DNA of 64,000 nt from Oscillospiraceae bacterium (GCA_031556185.1 JAVBTN010000004.1:85034-149033), one strand, 5' to 3'; shown: positions 39,956 through 50,469, numbered from the stretch's first letter. Numbers and translations: made by a program. Notes: generated by a model from the letters alone, not told the origin.

Positions 39956-40273
39956 ATGCACGCCATTATCGAGACCGGCGGAAAGCAGTATAAGGTGCAG
40001 GAGGGCGACATCCTCTACATCGAAAAGCTAGACGCCGAAGCGGACAGTGCGGTCAGCTTTGACCAGGTCCTGGCTGTCTTCGACGGGGAGAAGGTCAAGC
40101 TGGGCAATCCCTATTTGACCGGCGTCACTGTGACCGGCAAGGTCGAAAAGCATGGAAAGAACAAAAAAATCATTGTATTTAAAATGAAGTCGAAGAAGAC
40201 ATACCGCCGTAAGACAGGTCATCGTCAGCCTTACACAAAGGTGAAAATCGAGACCGTTTCGGTCGGGAAATAG
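39956..40273 (+). CDS. rplU: 50S ribosomal protein L21
   Basis: [12 protein letters not shown]...GHRQPYT. Confidence 0.98.
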   Translation: MHAIIETGGKQYKVQEGDILYIEKLDAEADSAVSFDQVLAVFDGEKVKLGNPYLTGVTVTGKVEKHGKNKKIIVFKMKSKKTYRRKTGHRQPYTKVKIETVSVGK

Positions 40274-40288
40274 GGAGGGACTTACAGT

Positions 40289-40549
40289 ATGGCTCATAAA
40301 AAAGGCGTAGGCTCCTCGCGCAACGGCCGCGACTCGGAGTCCAAACGGCTCGGCGCCAAACGCGCCGACGGGCAGTTGGTATTGGCGGGCAACATTCTCG
40401 TGCGCCAGCGCGGTACCAAGATTCACCCAGGCGTCAATGTCGGACGCGGCAGCGACGACACACTGTTTGCGCTGAAAACGGGTCGCGTGCGTTTCGAGCG
40501 ACTGGGACGCGACCGTAAGCAGGTTTCTGTTTACGAGGCGGCCGAATAA
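40289..40549 (+). CDS. rpmA: 50S ribosomal protein L27, short form without N-terminal extension
   Basis: [22 protein letters not shown]...RQRGTK; GGAGG RBS. Confidence 0.98.
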   Translation: MAHKKGVGSSRNGRDSESKRLGAKRADGQLVLAGNILVRQRGTKIHPGVNVGRGSDDTLFALKTGRVRFERLGRDRKQVSVYEAAE

Positions 40550-40730
40550 AAATGAATACATGCCGGGCGGGGCCGACCTGTAGGTGAAAACCGCATCGGG
40601 TGACGGCGCTAAACGGCCATTCGTGTGAAAGAGGGGCGGCAAGCTCCTCTTTCGTGCATTCAAAGGGAAAGCCCGGCGGGCTGGGTGTGATTCTCATACT
40701 CATCTTCGTGAAGATCGACAGGAGTTTTTC

Positions 40731-42002
40731 ATGTTTATTGATACGGCTCATATTACCGTGCGCGCGGGCCGCGGCGGCAACGGCGCGGTTTCTTTTCACC
40801 GGGAGAAGTACATTTCGGCCGGCGGGCCGGACGGCGGCGATGGCGGCCGCGGCGGGCATGTGTACCTCGTGACAGACCCCCACATGTCCACGCTCATGGA
40901 CTTTCGCTACAAGCGTGTCTATGTGGCGGGCGACGGTGCGCCCGGCGGCACAAAAGGATGTTCCGGCAAGGGTGGCAGCGACCTGACCATCCGTGTGCCT
41001 GTGGGTACGCTGGTGCGTGATCGCGTGACCGGCGCCATCATGCGTGATCTGTCGGACGACAAGCCTTTTATGCTGTCCAAAGGCGGACGGGGCGGTTGGG
41101 GCAATCAGCACTTTGCCACCTCCACGCGCCAGTGCCCCCGCTTCGCCAAGGCTGGGCTGGACGGAGAGGCGCATGAAGTCACGCTAGAACTCAAACTGCT
41201 GGCCGACGTGGGGCTGGTTGGGTTTCCCAATGTGGGAAAGTCCACGCTGCTGTCGGTCATTTCGGCGGCGCGACCCAAGATTGCCGGCTATCATTTTACC
41301 ACGCTGACACCCAATCTGGGCGTTGTGCGGGTGGATGAGGGTACGTCCTTTGTTGTCTCCGATATCCCGGGGCTCATTGAGGGCGCGGCGCAAGGCGCAG
41401 GACTCGGTCATGATTTTTTGCGGCACGTTGATCGCTGCCGCTTGCTGGTGCATGTGGTGGACGCCTCCGGTTTTGAGGGGCGTGACCCGGTGACGGATTT
41501 TGAAACAGTGTGTGCCGAGCTGGAGGCCTATAACCCTGAACTGACGCACAGGCCGCAGTTTGTGGCTGCCAACAAATGCGACTTGCTGAGTGACGATGAA
41601 CCGCTCAACGCGCTGCGTGCGCATCTGGACAAAAAGAATATTGCGCTGTTTGCCATCTCCGGCGCCACGCGCGCCGGTGTGGACGACCTGGTGGCTGCCA
41701 TGGCTGGCAAACTGGCCACATTGCCGCCGGTGCCGGTGTTTGAGGCGGAGTACGTTGCGCCGCTGCCCGAGGGCGGAGACGCGCAGGATCTCACCATCAG
41801 GCAGGAGGACGGCACCTGGATTGTCGAGGGCCCCTGGTTGTCACGACTACTGGGCAATGTCAACCTGACAGACTATGAGTCCCGCATGTTTTTTGACCGC
41901 ATGCTGCGGCAGTCCGGCCTGTTTGGCAGGCTGGAGCGCATGGGTATTGCGGAGGGGGACATTGTGTCCCTGTACGATTGTGAATTTGAATATGTGAAAT
42001 GA
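40731..42002 (+). CDS. obgE: GTPase ObgE/CgtA
   Basis: GGPDGGDGG, GFPNVGKST, FTTL, DIPG, NKCD, C-terminal OCT domain. Confidence 0.96.
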   Translation: MFIDTAHITVRAGRGGNGAVSFHREKYISAGGPDGGDGGRGGHVYLVTDPHMSTLMDFRYKRVYVAGDGAPGGTKGCSGKGGSDLTIRVPVGTLVRDRVTGAIMRDLSDDKPFMLSKGGRGGWGNQHFATSTRQCPRFAKAGLDGEAHEVTLELKLLADVGLVGFPNVGKSTLLSVISAARPKIAGYHFTTLTPNLGVVRVDEGTSFVVSDIPGLIEGAAQGAGLGHDFLRHVDRCRLLVHVVDASGFEGRDPVTDFETVCAELEAYNPELTHRPQFVAANKCDLLSDDEPLNALRAHLDKKNIALFAISGATRAGVDDLVAAMAGKLATLPPVPVFEAEYVAPLPEGGDAQDLTIRQEDGTWIVEGPWLSRLLGNVNLTDYESRMFFDRMLRQSGLFGRLERMGIAEGDIVSLYDCEFEYVK

Positions 42003-42058
42003 CGGGGCCCGCTTCGGGCGGGTTTCAAAAATAAAACCGATGGAAGGGATGGTGTCGT

Positions 42059-42781
42059 ATGTCCGGACACTCAAAATGGAAAAACATTGCGCACAAGAAG
42101 GAAAAGACCGACGCGCAGCGTGCCAAAATATTTACAAAGCTTTCGCGTGAAATCATTGTGGCCGTGAGAGAAGGGGGGCCCGACCCGTCGGTAAACGCAC
42201 GGCTCAAGGACGTCATTGCCAAGGCGCGTGCCGGCAATGTACCCTCCGACAACATCAAACGGGTCGTTGAAAAGGCGGCGGGCAGCGGCGGCAATGACAA
42301 CTACGAGTCCATGCAGTACGAAGGGTATGGTCCGGGCGGCGTGGCGGTCATTGTAGAGACCATGACCGACAACCGGAACCGGACGGCGTCCGAAATGCGC
42401 CACTATTTTGATAAAAATGGGGGCAACCTCGGCGCCACTGGCTGTGTCTCTTGGTCGTTTGACAAAAAAGGCGTCATCATTTTGGAGAGCGAAGGGTTCA
42501 AAGAAGACGACGTGATGATGGCGGTGTTGGAGGCCGGTGCGTCTGACTTTGTCGCCGAAGAAGACGTATTTGAGATTTTCACAGAGCCGGACAACTTTGG
42601 TACTGTGTGCGAACTCCTTGAGAGTAGGCAATATCCCTTTGTGTCGGCGCAGGTGGAGATGGTGCCGCAAACGTATGTCAAGCTCACCGAAGAAGAGCAG
42701 CTGAAGCACATGCAGCGGCTGCTGGACATGCTGGAAGACAACGACGACGTGCAAAACGTATGGCACAACTGGGACGAATGA
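42059..42781 (+). CDS. yebC: YebC/PmpR family protein
   Basis: MSGHSKWKNI, YEGYGPGG, TDNRNRT, DDVQNVWHN. Confidence 0.96.
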   Translation: MSGHSKWKNIAHKKEKTDAQRAKIFTKLSREIIVAVREGGPDPSVNARLKDVIAKARAGNVPSDNIKRVVEKAAGSGGNDNYESMQYEGYGPGGVAVIVETMTDNRNRTASEMRHYFDKNGGNLGATGCVSWSFDKKGVIILESEGFKEDDVMMAVLEAGASDFVAEEDVFEIFTEPDNFGTVCELLESRQYPFVSAQVEMVPQTYVKLTEEEQLKHMQRLLDMLEDNDDVQNVWHNWDE

Positions 42782-42848
42782 GCGGCATGTTGTTGTGCCG
42801 CCCGGCTGCCGAGGCGGGCTGTGGCGTGTATGCGAGAGGCAGGTTGAC

Positions 42849-43658
42849 ATGAAAAAATGGGTGCTGCCATTCGCAGCGCTGGCGTTGGCGCTGATGGCCG
42901 GCTGCGCGACTGGATTGCCGGTGCCATCCGCGTTATCCTCCGTGCCTGCACCTGTCACCCCCCCCGATCCACAGCCGACAGCATCGGCAACGCCTGTTGC
43001 TTCGCCTCTGCCGTTGGGGGAGGGGGAGGATGAGTTGGGACGTGAGCCGCACAAGGGTTTTTCCTATTTGAAAAAGATGATCCCAGACATTGTCGTGGAG
43101 CTGCGCTATGCGACGGATAACAATTTTACTGGCGCCGTGGTAGACGGCTACTTCAACGCGAAAGCGGCCATGCTGACCACGCAAGCAGCCAAGGCGTTGG
43201 CGCGCGTGCAAGAGGCGTTGCAGGAAAAAGGATTGGGGCTCAAAGTATTTGACGCCTACCGGCCGCAGAAGGCGGTGGACTGTTTTGTCGCCTGGCTGGA
43301 TACGGAAGACGACACGGCAAGCAAAGAGGCGTTCTACCCCAACGAGCAAAAGTCACAACTTTTCTCCCGCGGGTATCTGGCCCACCGTTCCGGGCATTCG
43401 CGCGGTAGCACAGTGGATCTGACACTGATCCAGTTGGAAAACAGCCAGGAGCTGGATATGGGCACCGCCTATGATTTTCTTGATGTGAGCTCCCATTACA
43501 GCGCCAAGGGTCTGACGAAAGAGCAGAGAGAAAACCGTAAAACGCTTCGCGACGCCATGGTGGCGCAGGGCTTTGTGCCCTATGACAAGGAATGGTGGCA
43601 CTTTACGCTGGGGGCGGAGCCGTTTCCAGACACCTATTTTGATTTTGACCTGAAATAG
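42849..43658 (+). CDS. M15D D-Ala-D-Ala dipeptidase (VanX/DdpX-like) lipoprotein
   Basis: Lipobox LMAGC, Pro-rich linker, YATDNNFTG, DAYRP, SGHSRGSTVDLT, EWWHF. Confidence 0.88.
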   Translation: MKKWVLPFAALALALMAGCATGLPVPSALSSVPAPVTPPDPQPTASATPVASPLPLGEGEDELGREPHKGFSYLKKMIPDIVVELRYATDNNFTGAVVDGYFNAKAAMLTTQAAKALARVQEALQEKGLGLKVFDAYRPQKAVDCFVAWLDTEDDTASKEAFYPNEQKSQLFSRGYLAHRSGHSRGSTVDLTLIQLENSQELDMGTAYDFLDVSSHYSAKGLTKEQRENRKTLRDAMVAQGFVPYDKEWWHFTLGAEPFPDTYFDFDLK

Positions 43659-43665
43659 CAAACGA

Positions 43666-43711
43666 AAACATTCCTTCGTGGCCGTAAAAACGGTCGTAAA
43701 GGAATGTTTTT
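43666..43711. terminator. Bidirectional terminator-like hairpin
   Basis: AAAACATTCCTT...AAGGAATGTTTT between convergent genes. Confidence 0.65.
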
Positions 43712-43750
43712 TCGTATTATTTTGGGGCCAGAATACGGCTGGGCGCTTTG

Positions 43751-44050
43751 CTACGCCTGTTTCCGTGCCTCCAGCGCTACAGGAGACGCGGCGTCTCCAA
43801 GCGGCCTGGTCAGACCCGCGCCGCAGATGGCGCATCTGTCTCGCACAAAGGATTTTTCGCCGCAGGTCGGGCAGGCGATGCGCAGGGAGCGCCCGCATCC
43901 GGCGCAACGAAGATCTCGCCGCCGAACCTCCTGATGACAAGTGGGACACCGGTGGACAAACGGTTTGGCCCGGTCACACACTGGGCAGCGGCGCACATCA
44001 TGCGCCAGCAATTGGCCACAGCCGACACAGTGCTTGAGATAGGTTGCCAC
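43751..44050 (-). CDS. Double zinc-ribbon protein
   Basis: Six CxxC motifs in 99 aa; GTG start after GAGGGGG. Confidence 0.75.
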   Translation of the reverse strand: MATYLKHCVGCGQLLAHDVRRCPVCDRAKPFVHRCPTCHQEVRRRDLRCAGCGRSLRIACPTCGEKSFVRDRCAICGAGLTRPLGDAASPVALEARKQA

Positions 44051-44233
44051 GTCGTCACCCCCTCATACTACAATTATATTCCAATGAATTCGTGAATGCA
44101 ACCACTAGTGAGCAAGCTTTCATGTAGTATTTGTGCAGTTGGAACAAAATATAACGGAAGGACACCTATGAAACAGCGGCAACCAGTCAAAATCTTTGTT
44201 TCGACTGGTTGCCGCGTAACAAGCCTTCGCTTG

Positions 44234-45124
44234 TCATCCGTTTTTCCGGCAGCCCTGACAGCCGCTACCGCAGACAGAGGGGCGCGGCGTGCCGAAACCG
44301 GCCGCCAGCGCGCCATGCGGGCATGCACGGACACAGTCGCCGCAGCGTATGCACTCCGGACTGCCCGGTGCGAGGGTCGGGTCGATGTTCATTTTGCACA
44401 CATGGGCGCAACGCCCGCAGTGTACGCATCGGTTGCTGTCAAAACGAAGCTGGTATACACTGACACGATTGAACAGCGCATAAACCGCGCCCAGTGGGCA
44501 GAGAAACTTGCAGAAAAAGCGATATATGAGCAAGCAGCCCACGATAGTCAGCAGCAGGATGGCGGATTTCAAGGTGAACAAGGCCCCCAGCGTCGCGCGC
44601 AGCGGTTCATGCACGGCGATAAGTGGCAGCCCGGCGGTCAATGTGCCGGCGGGACAGAGGTATTTGCAAAAAGCGGGAGCACCCACGCCCAGCGCATTTG
44701 TCACCAGCATCGGCATGAGGATGACAAACACGGCCAGGACAACATATTTTAGGGAAAGAAGCCAGGCGGGCGTGCGGCGGATGCGCGGAAAGGGAATTTT
44801 GTGTACAAGTTCCTGAAGTAGCCCGAAGGGACACAGAAAACCGCAGATGAAGCGTCCAAACACAAGTCCGAACGCCAGCAGCAGGCCGGTCACATAAAAA
44901 CTGAAGCGAAAACGCAGGGAACCAAGCACCGACTGTAGCGCGCCGATGGGACAGGAGCCGACGGCGCCGGGGCAGGAATAGCAGTTGAGACCCGGCACAC
45001 ACATTTGCTTGAGGTCACCTTTGTACAACGTACCGCTGAAGAAACCGGGCAGGTTCGCGTTGCAAAAGAGCAGCGCGCACCATTGCACAAGCCGCCTTGA
45101 CGTGCGGTTTTTTTTTGTATTCAT
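44234..45124 (-). CDS. Membrane 4Fe-4S binding protein (NapH/MauN-like polyferredoxin)
   Basis: CVPGLNCYSCP, GRFICGFLCPFG, FCKYLCPAG, two C-terminal CxxCxxC motifs. Confidence 0.88.
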   Translation of the reverse strand: MNTKKNRTSRRLVQWCALLFCNANLPGFFSGTLYKGDLKQMCVPGLNCYSCPGAVGSCPIGALQSVLGSLRFRFSFYVTGLLLAFGLVFGRFICGFLCPFGLLQELVHKIPFPRIRRTPAWLLSLKYVVLAVFVILMPMLVTNALGVGAPAFCKYLCPAGTLTAGLPLIAVHEPLRATLGALFTLKSAILLLTIVGCLLIYRFFCKFLCPLGAVYALFNRVSVYQLRFDSNRCVHCGRCAHVCKMNIDPTLAPGSPECIRCGDCVRACPHGALAAGFGTPRPSVCGSGCQGCRKNG

Positions 45125-45270
45125 CAGCCCAACCCCACACATTCCAGACAGAGGTTGACGGCTTTGACAAACACTTCACGCACCTCACCGGAGAGGATCC
45201 CGATGACAATGCCCGCCAAAGCAGCGGCCGCCAGCAGTGCGCGTGTGACAGTCAGTCTGCGCTGCGTCAT
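45124..45270 (-). CDS. Small CxxC membrane protein (CD1871A-like), 48 aa
   Basis: MTQRRLTVTRALLAAAALAGIVIGILSGEVREVFVKAVNLCLECVGLG*; GGAGG RBS; TGATG coupling to the next gene; absent from the ORF track. Confidence 0.85.
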   Translation of the reverse strand: MTQRRLTVTRALLAAAALAGIVIGILSGEVREVFVKAVNLCLECVGLG

Positions 45271-45288
45271 GTTGGCACCCCTCCACAT

Positions 45289-45909
45289 TCACGCCAGTAA
45301 GGCCAGCCTTGTTTCAATTTCGATGCGATAGGTGTCGGTATCCCGCGCGCCAAGCAGAGGTTCGCCCACGAAGGCCCCCTGCGCGTCGATAAAGATGGTG
45401 GTTGGCACGCCCACCAGTGTGCGGGCATAGGAGATTAGCCCCTCGTCTGCCAGCAGATGAGGGAAAGCGGCGCCGGTCTCGCTGACAATCTGCTTGGCAA
45501 GATCCTCGTTGCCGCTGCCGTCAATGACGACGCCGACAAGTGCACTGCCCTCGGGCATTGACTGCGCCAGTTTGCCAAGGTCGGGCATCTCGTCAATGCA
45601 GGGGCCGCAGTAGGTGCCCCAAAAATTGATCATGGTGATGTCGTTGTCGGCAAACAGCGTGCTGTCGACCGCGTTTCCCTCCAGATCCGTCGTGGCAAAA
45701 CTGGGGAACAGATCTTTGTTTAAGACGGTCGTCGACGATTCTGCCGGCGGCGAGGCTTCAGACGTCACGTCTGCCGGCAAAGATGTGACAGCGTCCGGTG
45801 TGGGCGTTGCGGTGGGCGTTGCGGTGGGCGTAGTTGATGTCGCGCCCGGCACACCGCAAGCGCTCAGCGTGAGTGTCAGCAGTAAAAAACAGATACAAAG
45901 CAATTTCAT
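45289..45909 (-). CDS. TlpA-family thiol:disulfide oxidoreductase lipoprotein
   Basis: Lipobox LSAC, PT linker, NFWGTYCGPCIDEMP, VPTTIFID; start could alternatively be 45927. Confidence 0.88.
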   Translation of the reverse strand: MKLLCICFLLLTLTLSACGVPGATSTTPTATPTATPTPDAVTSLPADVTSEASPPAESSTTVLNKDLFPSFATTDLEGNAVDSTLFADNDITMINFWGTYCGPCIDEMPDLGKLAQSMPEGSALVGVVIDGSGNEDLAKQIVSETGAAFPHLLADEGLISYARTLVGVPTTIFIDAQGAFVGEPLLGARDTDTYRIEIETRLALLA

Positions 45910-45997
45910 AATGATGTCAATCCCCATTCAGTGTTGAATTTGAGATGATTATATCTCATTTTCGGGCGCATGCAAAGCGAAAACTGGAAAAAACAGA

Positions 45998-46034
45998 TCA
46001 CCCCGCCAAAACCATCTGATTTCGGCGGGGTGAT
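45998..46034. terminator. Terminator hairpin downstream of the SLH protease
   Basis: ATCACCCCGCC...GGCGGGGTGAT inverted repeat. Confidence 0.65.
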
Positions 46035-46076
46035 TCTCAGGCGCAGGCAAACGGCAGATGCGACTGAGATGCTGCG

Positions 46077-48221
46077 TTAAAAATAATCTCTGTAGTCTGG
46101 CGGCAGCTTGCCAACATAGAAAATGTACGACGCGAAGTCCAATTCCGCGCCTTTCTTGCTGCTGATGACCACATAGTAGTCACCGGCGGCGAGCTTCTTG
46201 TTGTTTTCTTTGACCTCCAGTAAATCAGCGGATGTAACATCTAGTTTGGAGATCAGTGTCTTTTTGTCCGGCCCGTACAACTCGGCGACGAAGTCGCCGA
46301 CGTTGGACGTATCGGGCGACACGATGATGGAAAGGTCTGTGGTCTGGTCGAGGGAAAACTGGTAGCAGTCCCTGTCTTCGTTGTCCTCCAGCTCGCCGAA
46401 CAGATAGCCGCCAAAGGAGACATAGCAGGCAGTGTCAAAGTCGTCGTTTGGCTCAAGCTCCAGCGAACTGTATTCGCCCGGCATCGTGGGCTCAGTGATT
46501 GAGTCTGTCAGGGAACAGATGAATTTGTAATTTACTTTCGACCAGTTCAGCTCCGACGAACCGGCTTTGACGCGGATGGCAAAGGTGCCTTTGCGCAAGT
46601 GGCCCGATACATATCGGAAGGGGACATCTTCCGGCACGTGGCGCGACGCGAGAACGACCTCGCCGGTTTTGACATCCACAATGTCCACGGATATGCTCTC
46701 GTCATAAGGCTCCGCGACGCGTATGCACATGAAAAGCTCCGTGGGCGTTTCCACTTCCAACCCGTAGAGGTCTACGTCTTTGGTGTCACTCAGACTGCCT
46801 GAAAACTCCACCCAGTCGGTCACTACCTGCGTGTATGTCTCGTCGTTGGGTTCAGTTTCAGTCTCTTTGTCCACATTGCTCGGCCAAGACCAATAGGACT
46901 CCTCCGTGATCTCCGCCAACGACTTCGGCTCATCCCACAGCGACACCTTGGAGAGTTCGGTGACAGGGATGGCAAAATTCAGGTTTTGACCGATGGAGAC
47001 CGTCATAGAGGTGACGCCTACCACCTGGCCATATTCGTTGAGCAGTGCGCCACCGCTGGAACCGCGCGAGATCGGCGCGCTGATTTGTATCAGTTTTCGA
47101 TTGTCAACCAGCGGGTTTTCTTTGATCGTGCTGGAGACAAGCCCGTCTGTGACGGTGTTCTCATAGCCCAACGGACTGCCGATACAGCAGACGCGTTGCG
47201 CCACACGCAATTTGTCGGGATCCCCCAGCGTCAGGTAGGGAAACCCGTTGCCCTTGACCTGGATGATGGCCAAGTCAAGCTCCCGGGAAGCGCCCAGCAC
47301 ATTGCTTACGGGATATGTCTTGCCGTTGGGCAGCCGCACCTGCGCGGAGTAGGCGTCCTCCAGCACATGGAAGTTTGTGACGGCAATGCCGTCAGCCGTG
47401 ACGAAAAAGCCGGACCCGGTGGCGAATGGCTCCTTATCCGCATCCAGCAGCTCGATGTAAAACACGGCGTCGTGCGACTTGGAATAAATGCCCTCCATGT
47501 CGAGCGCTTTCAGATTTGTGGTGGCAGCGCATACAATGCCCATGACGGCGGCCTGCTGCATGACGCGCGCGTCGCGTCGACCGGCGGCCTTCATTTTCGT
47601 CGCCGTGACGGCCTGGTCATCCACGTACAGACGATACAGCAGCGTACGGGCCGAGTGATTTATGCGGGCCAAAACCGTTGCGTAGCTGAGCGTCACCAAG
47701 TCCCCACGGGTCAGGTTGGCGTTCTTGGAGACGGCGGTCGCCTGCATTTTGGTAATGATGTTCTCCGCCACCATCTTGTCGAGCGCCTTTTGCCAGGTGA
47801 AATCACCGGCCTCGTCATCATATCCAAGCGCACGGAGCATAAAGGTGGCATATTGGGCGGGCGTGATGGGCCCAGCGGCGTTATACACCGTAGCAGAGAC
47901 GCCTTTGGCAATGTCATTTTCGTACAGATACCCTATGTAGCAGGAGGCCCACTTCGGCACATCGGAAAAAGGGTGTTTGCTGTTTATTTCTTTGGCCGTT
48001 TCCTCCTTGCCCAACAGCCGGACTGTCATGGCCGCCGCTTCGGCGCGGGTGGCGCCGCGCTCCAATTCGTAGCCGGCTTCCGTGCCGCGGAACAGACCCA
48101 GCGCCTTGAGCGTATCCGCATATTGCGTGCTGTCGGTGGCCGCATGAGCGGAAATCTGCGCCGGGAACAGGGATATCATCATTACGAGAGCAATTGCCAG
48201 AGCCGCCATCCTCTTTTTCAT
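46077..48221 (-). CDS. S-layer-homology-domain trypsin-like serine protease with C-terminal PPC-like repeats
   Basis: Signal peptide; SLH motifs (TRAEAA, FSDVPKWA); catalytic triad TNFHV / DLAII / GSSGG; two ExEPND repeats. Confidence 0.88.
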   Translation of the reverse strand: MKKRMAALAIALVMMISLFPAQISAHAATDSTQYADTLKALGLFRGTEAGYELERGATRAEAAAMTVRLLGKEETAKEINSKHPFSDVPKWASCYIGYLYENDIAKGVSATVYNAAGPITPAQYATFMLRALGYDDEAGDFTWQKALDKMVAENIITKMQATAVSKNANLTRGDLVTLSYATVLARINHSARTLLYRLYVDDQAVTATKMKAAGRRDARVMQQAAVMGIVCAATTNLKALDMEGIYSKSHDAVFYIELLDADKEPFATGSGFFVTADGIAVTNFHVLEDAYSAQVRLPNGKTYPVSNVLGASRELDLAIIQVKGNGFPYLTLGDPDKLRVAQRVCCIGSPLGYENTVTDGLVSSTIKENPLVDNRKLIQISAPISRGSSGGALLNEYGQVVGVTSMTVSIGQNLNFAIPVTELSKVSLWDEPKSLAEITEESYWSWPSNVDKETETEPNDETYTQVVTDWVEFSGSLSDTKDVDLYGLEVETPTELFMCIRVAEPYDESISVDIVDVKTGEVVLASRHVPEDVPFRYVSGHLRKGTFAIRVKAGSSELNWSKVNYKFICSLTDSITEPTMPGEYSSLELEPNDDFDTACYVSFGGYLFGELEDNEDRDCYQFSLDQTTDLSIIVSPDTSNVGDFVAELYGPDKKTLISKLDVTSADLLEVKENNKKLAAGDYYVVISSKKGAELDFASYIFYVGKLPPDYRDYF

Positions 48222-48464
48222 AGTTTCCTCCACACCATCAAACACACGCATCTCAAATGATTTTTATTCTGTGTTTGTATATTAAAATAAATTTTAACAG
48301 ATTGCGTTTATTATGTAAATGCATAATTACAAATTTACATAATATTTTTTCCATAATAACCATTATTCTTCCAAAAGCGTTGCCCGAGAGAGCAAAAGGA
48401 AGCCGGACGGAGAGTCGCCCGTCTGAGCAACTCCCTGTCCGGCCCATCTGCCGACAATATGTGT

Positions 48465-50240
48465 TTATTTTCCGTATACAGGGCCCAGCGCCTGGCAGGC
48501 GCGGTAATCCGAACCCGTTGGTTCGCCGGCGCCAAATTGGCTCCACATGGCCGGCCGGAACAGTTTCTCAACGGGCACGTTGTGCATAGTCACGGGGATG
48601 CGCAGCATGGAGCACAGCGTGATCAGGTCGGCGCCGATATGTCCGTAGGCAATGGCGGCATGATTGGCGCCCCAGTTGGCCATGACGGAGTACACGTCGC
48701 GGAAGGCCGGGTCGTCGGATAGCCTCGGCGCAAACCATGCGCTCGGCCATGTGTAGTCTGTGCGTTTCCACAGCGCGTCGGAGACATGATCTGGCAGGAC
48801 CAGGCTGTGGCCCTCGGCCAGCTGCAGCACCGGCCCTAAGCCCTTGACGACATTGAGCCGCACGGCGGTCATCGGCATGCCGCACTTGGTTTCAAAGCGG
48901 GAGGAGAAGCCGCCGCCGCGGAAATAGCCGGTGCTGGCGGGGCACCACTCGGTGGCGGCCAGTGCCGCCTGGGCTTCGGCTTCGCTGAGCGCCCAGTGGG
49001 GTTTGATGACCGAGCTTCCGTCGTTGATATGGCATCCGGCAGCGTCCAGCGAGGCGGCGCCCGAGTTGATCATATGGATAAAGCCGTTTTTGGCGTTGCC
49101 GTCGGGCGTCCAACCGGTCACGCGCTTGACCGACTCCGGGCTCCAGTAGCTGCGCACATCGGCAAAAATGGAGGCCGCGCCGGACAACAGATAGGGGAAC
49201 AGCATGGACACGGCGTTGAGCGAGTCGTTTTCGGTGGCCAGCATATAGGGTGTGCGCAGACCGTTCCAGTCGTACGAGGAGGTTAGCATGGCCTCGGAGA
49301 AGTCGCCGTTGGGCATCCAGTCGGTCCAGTTGCGCTGGCCCTGGAAACCCGCCGCTATGGCGTTGTGACCGCAGGATTCTTCAATGTAACCGGCTTTGGC
49401 CAGCGCCGGATTGCCGATCATCAGGTCGCGGAAAATCATGGTCATCTTGACCACGGTTTCCCAGTCGTGCTTTTTCTGCTCGGCGGAACGCGCGTTTTCC
49501 GGCTGGTTGGGGTCAAACCCCTCTTTGCAATACTGCCCGACCCATTGCATGGCGCGTTCATACTCGGACTTGTCAAACAGGTCGAGCGACAAACGGCGGT
49601 TCACTTCGCTCATATCGACATATTCATTGCGCATGCCCAGGTAGTCGCGAAAAAGGTGCTCGTCGACCAGGCAGCCGGCAATGCCCATGGAAACAGTGCC
49701 GATGGACAGATAGGACTTGCCCTTCATCTGCCCCACAGCCAGCGCTGCGCGGGCAAAGGCGAGCAACTTGTCGGCCACGTCTCCCGGGATGGAATGGTTG
49801 TCGGCGTCTTGCACGTCGTGGCCATAAATCGAGAAGGCGGGCAGACCCTTTTGGTTGTGACCGGCCATGGCGGCGGCCAGGTAGACGGCGCCGGGGCGCT
49901 CGGTTCCGTTAAACCCCCAAATGGCTTTGGGCATCAGCGGATCCATGTTGATGGTCTCGCCACCGTAGCACCAGCAAGGCGTTACGGTGATCGTGGCGGC
50001 CACGCCGAGACGGCTGAACTTTTCGGCGCAGGCGGCGGCCTCGGCCACGCCGCCGATGGTGGTGTCGGCGATGACGCATTCAACGGCGGCGCCGTCGGGA
50101 TAGCGAAGCGAAGACTCGATCAGTTTGACGACGGATCGGGCCATGCCCATGGTTTGGTCTTCCAGGCTCTCTCGCACGCCGTTGCGGCGTCCGTCAATGG
50201 TAGGGCGAATTCCGATTTTTGGATGTGTGATGACGCTCAT
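48465..50240 (-). CDS. fucI: L-fucose isomerase
   Basis: [52 protein letters not shown]. Confidence 0.95.
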   Translation of the reverse strand: MSVITHPKIGIRPTIDGRRNGVRESLEDQTMGMARSVVKLIESSLRYPDGAAVECVIADTTIGGVAEAAACAEKFSRLGVAATITVTPCWCYGGETINMDPLMPKAIWGFNGTERPGAVYLAAAMAGHNQKGLPAFSIYGHDVQDADNHSIPGDVADKLLAFARAALAVGQMKGKSYLSIGTVSMGIAGCLVDEHLFRDYLGMRNEYVDMSEVNRRLSLDLFDKSEYERAMQWVGQYCKEGFDPNQPENARSAEQKKHDWETVVKMTMIFRDLMIGNPALAKAGYIEESCGHNAIAAGFQGQRNWTDWMPNGDFSEAMLTSSYDWNGLRTPYMLATENDSLNAVSMLFPYLLSGAASIFADVRSYWSPESVKRVTGWTPDGNAKNGFIHMINSGAASLDAAGCHINDGSSVIKPHWALSEAEAQAALAATEWCPASTGYFRGGGFSSRFETKCGMPMTAVRLNVVKGLGPVLQLAEGHSLVLPDHVSDALWKRTDYTWPSAWFAPRLSDDPAFRDVYSVMANWGANHAAIAYGHIGADLITLCSMLRIPVTMHNVPVEKLFRPAMWSQFGAGEPTGSDYRACQALGPVYGK

Positions 50241-50469
50241 GTACATGCCTCCTTCAACATAGCGCTACAATCATTTATGTTCAGTCGTTACGCGGGATGG
50301 GTTTCGAAGCTGCATGGCTTGCTACTATTGTATATTGTCGTGGGTACGCTGTCCAGAGAAATGTAACACAAAACGGCGTGCCCGGCGTATAGACATGAAA
50401 TCCATTTACTTTTGTCGAAAAATCCTTTATGATATTATATCAAATGCCAAGAGTGTAAGGAGGTTTTTT

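Noticed and set aside
45798-45832. 12-bp direct repeats GTGGGCGTTGCG
   Set aside because: They encode the Pro/Thr linker (TPTA) of the TlpA lipoprotein
48240-48380. AT-rich patch suggesting foreign DNA
   Set aside because: It is short and intergenic, consistent with the promoter region of the SLH protease; no mobility signatures
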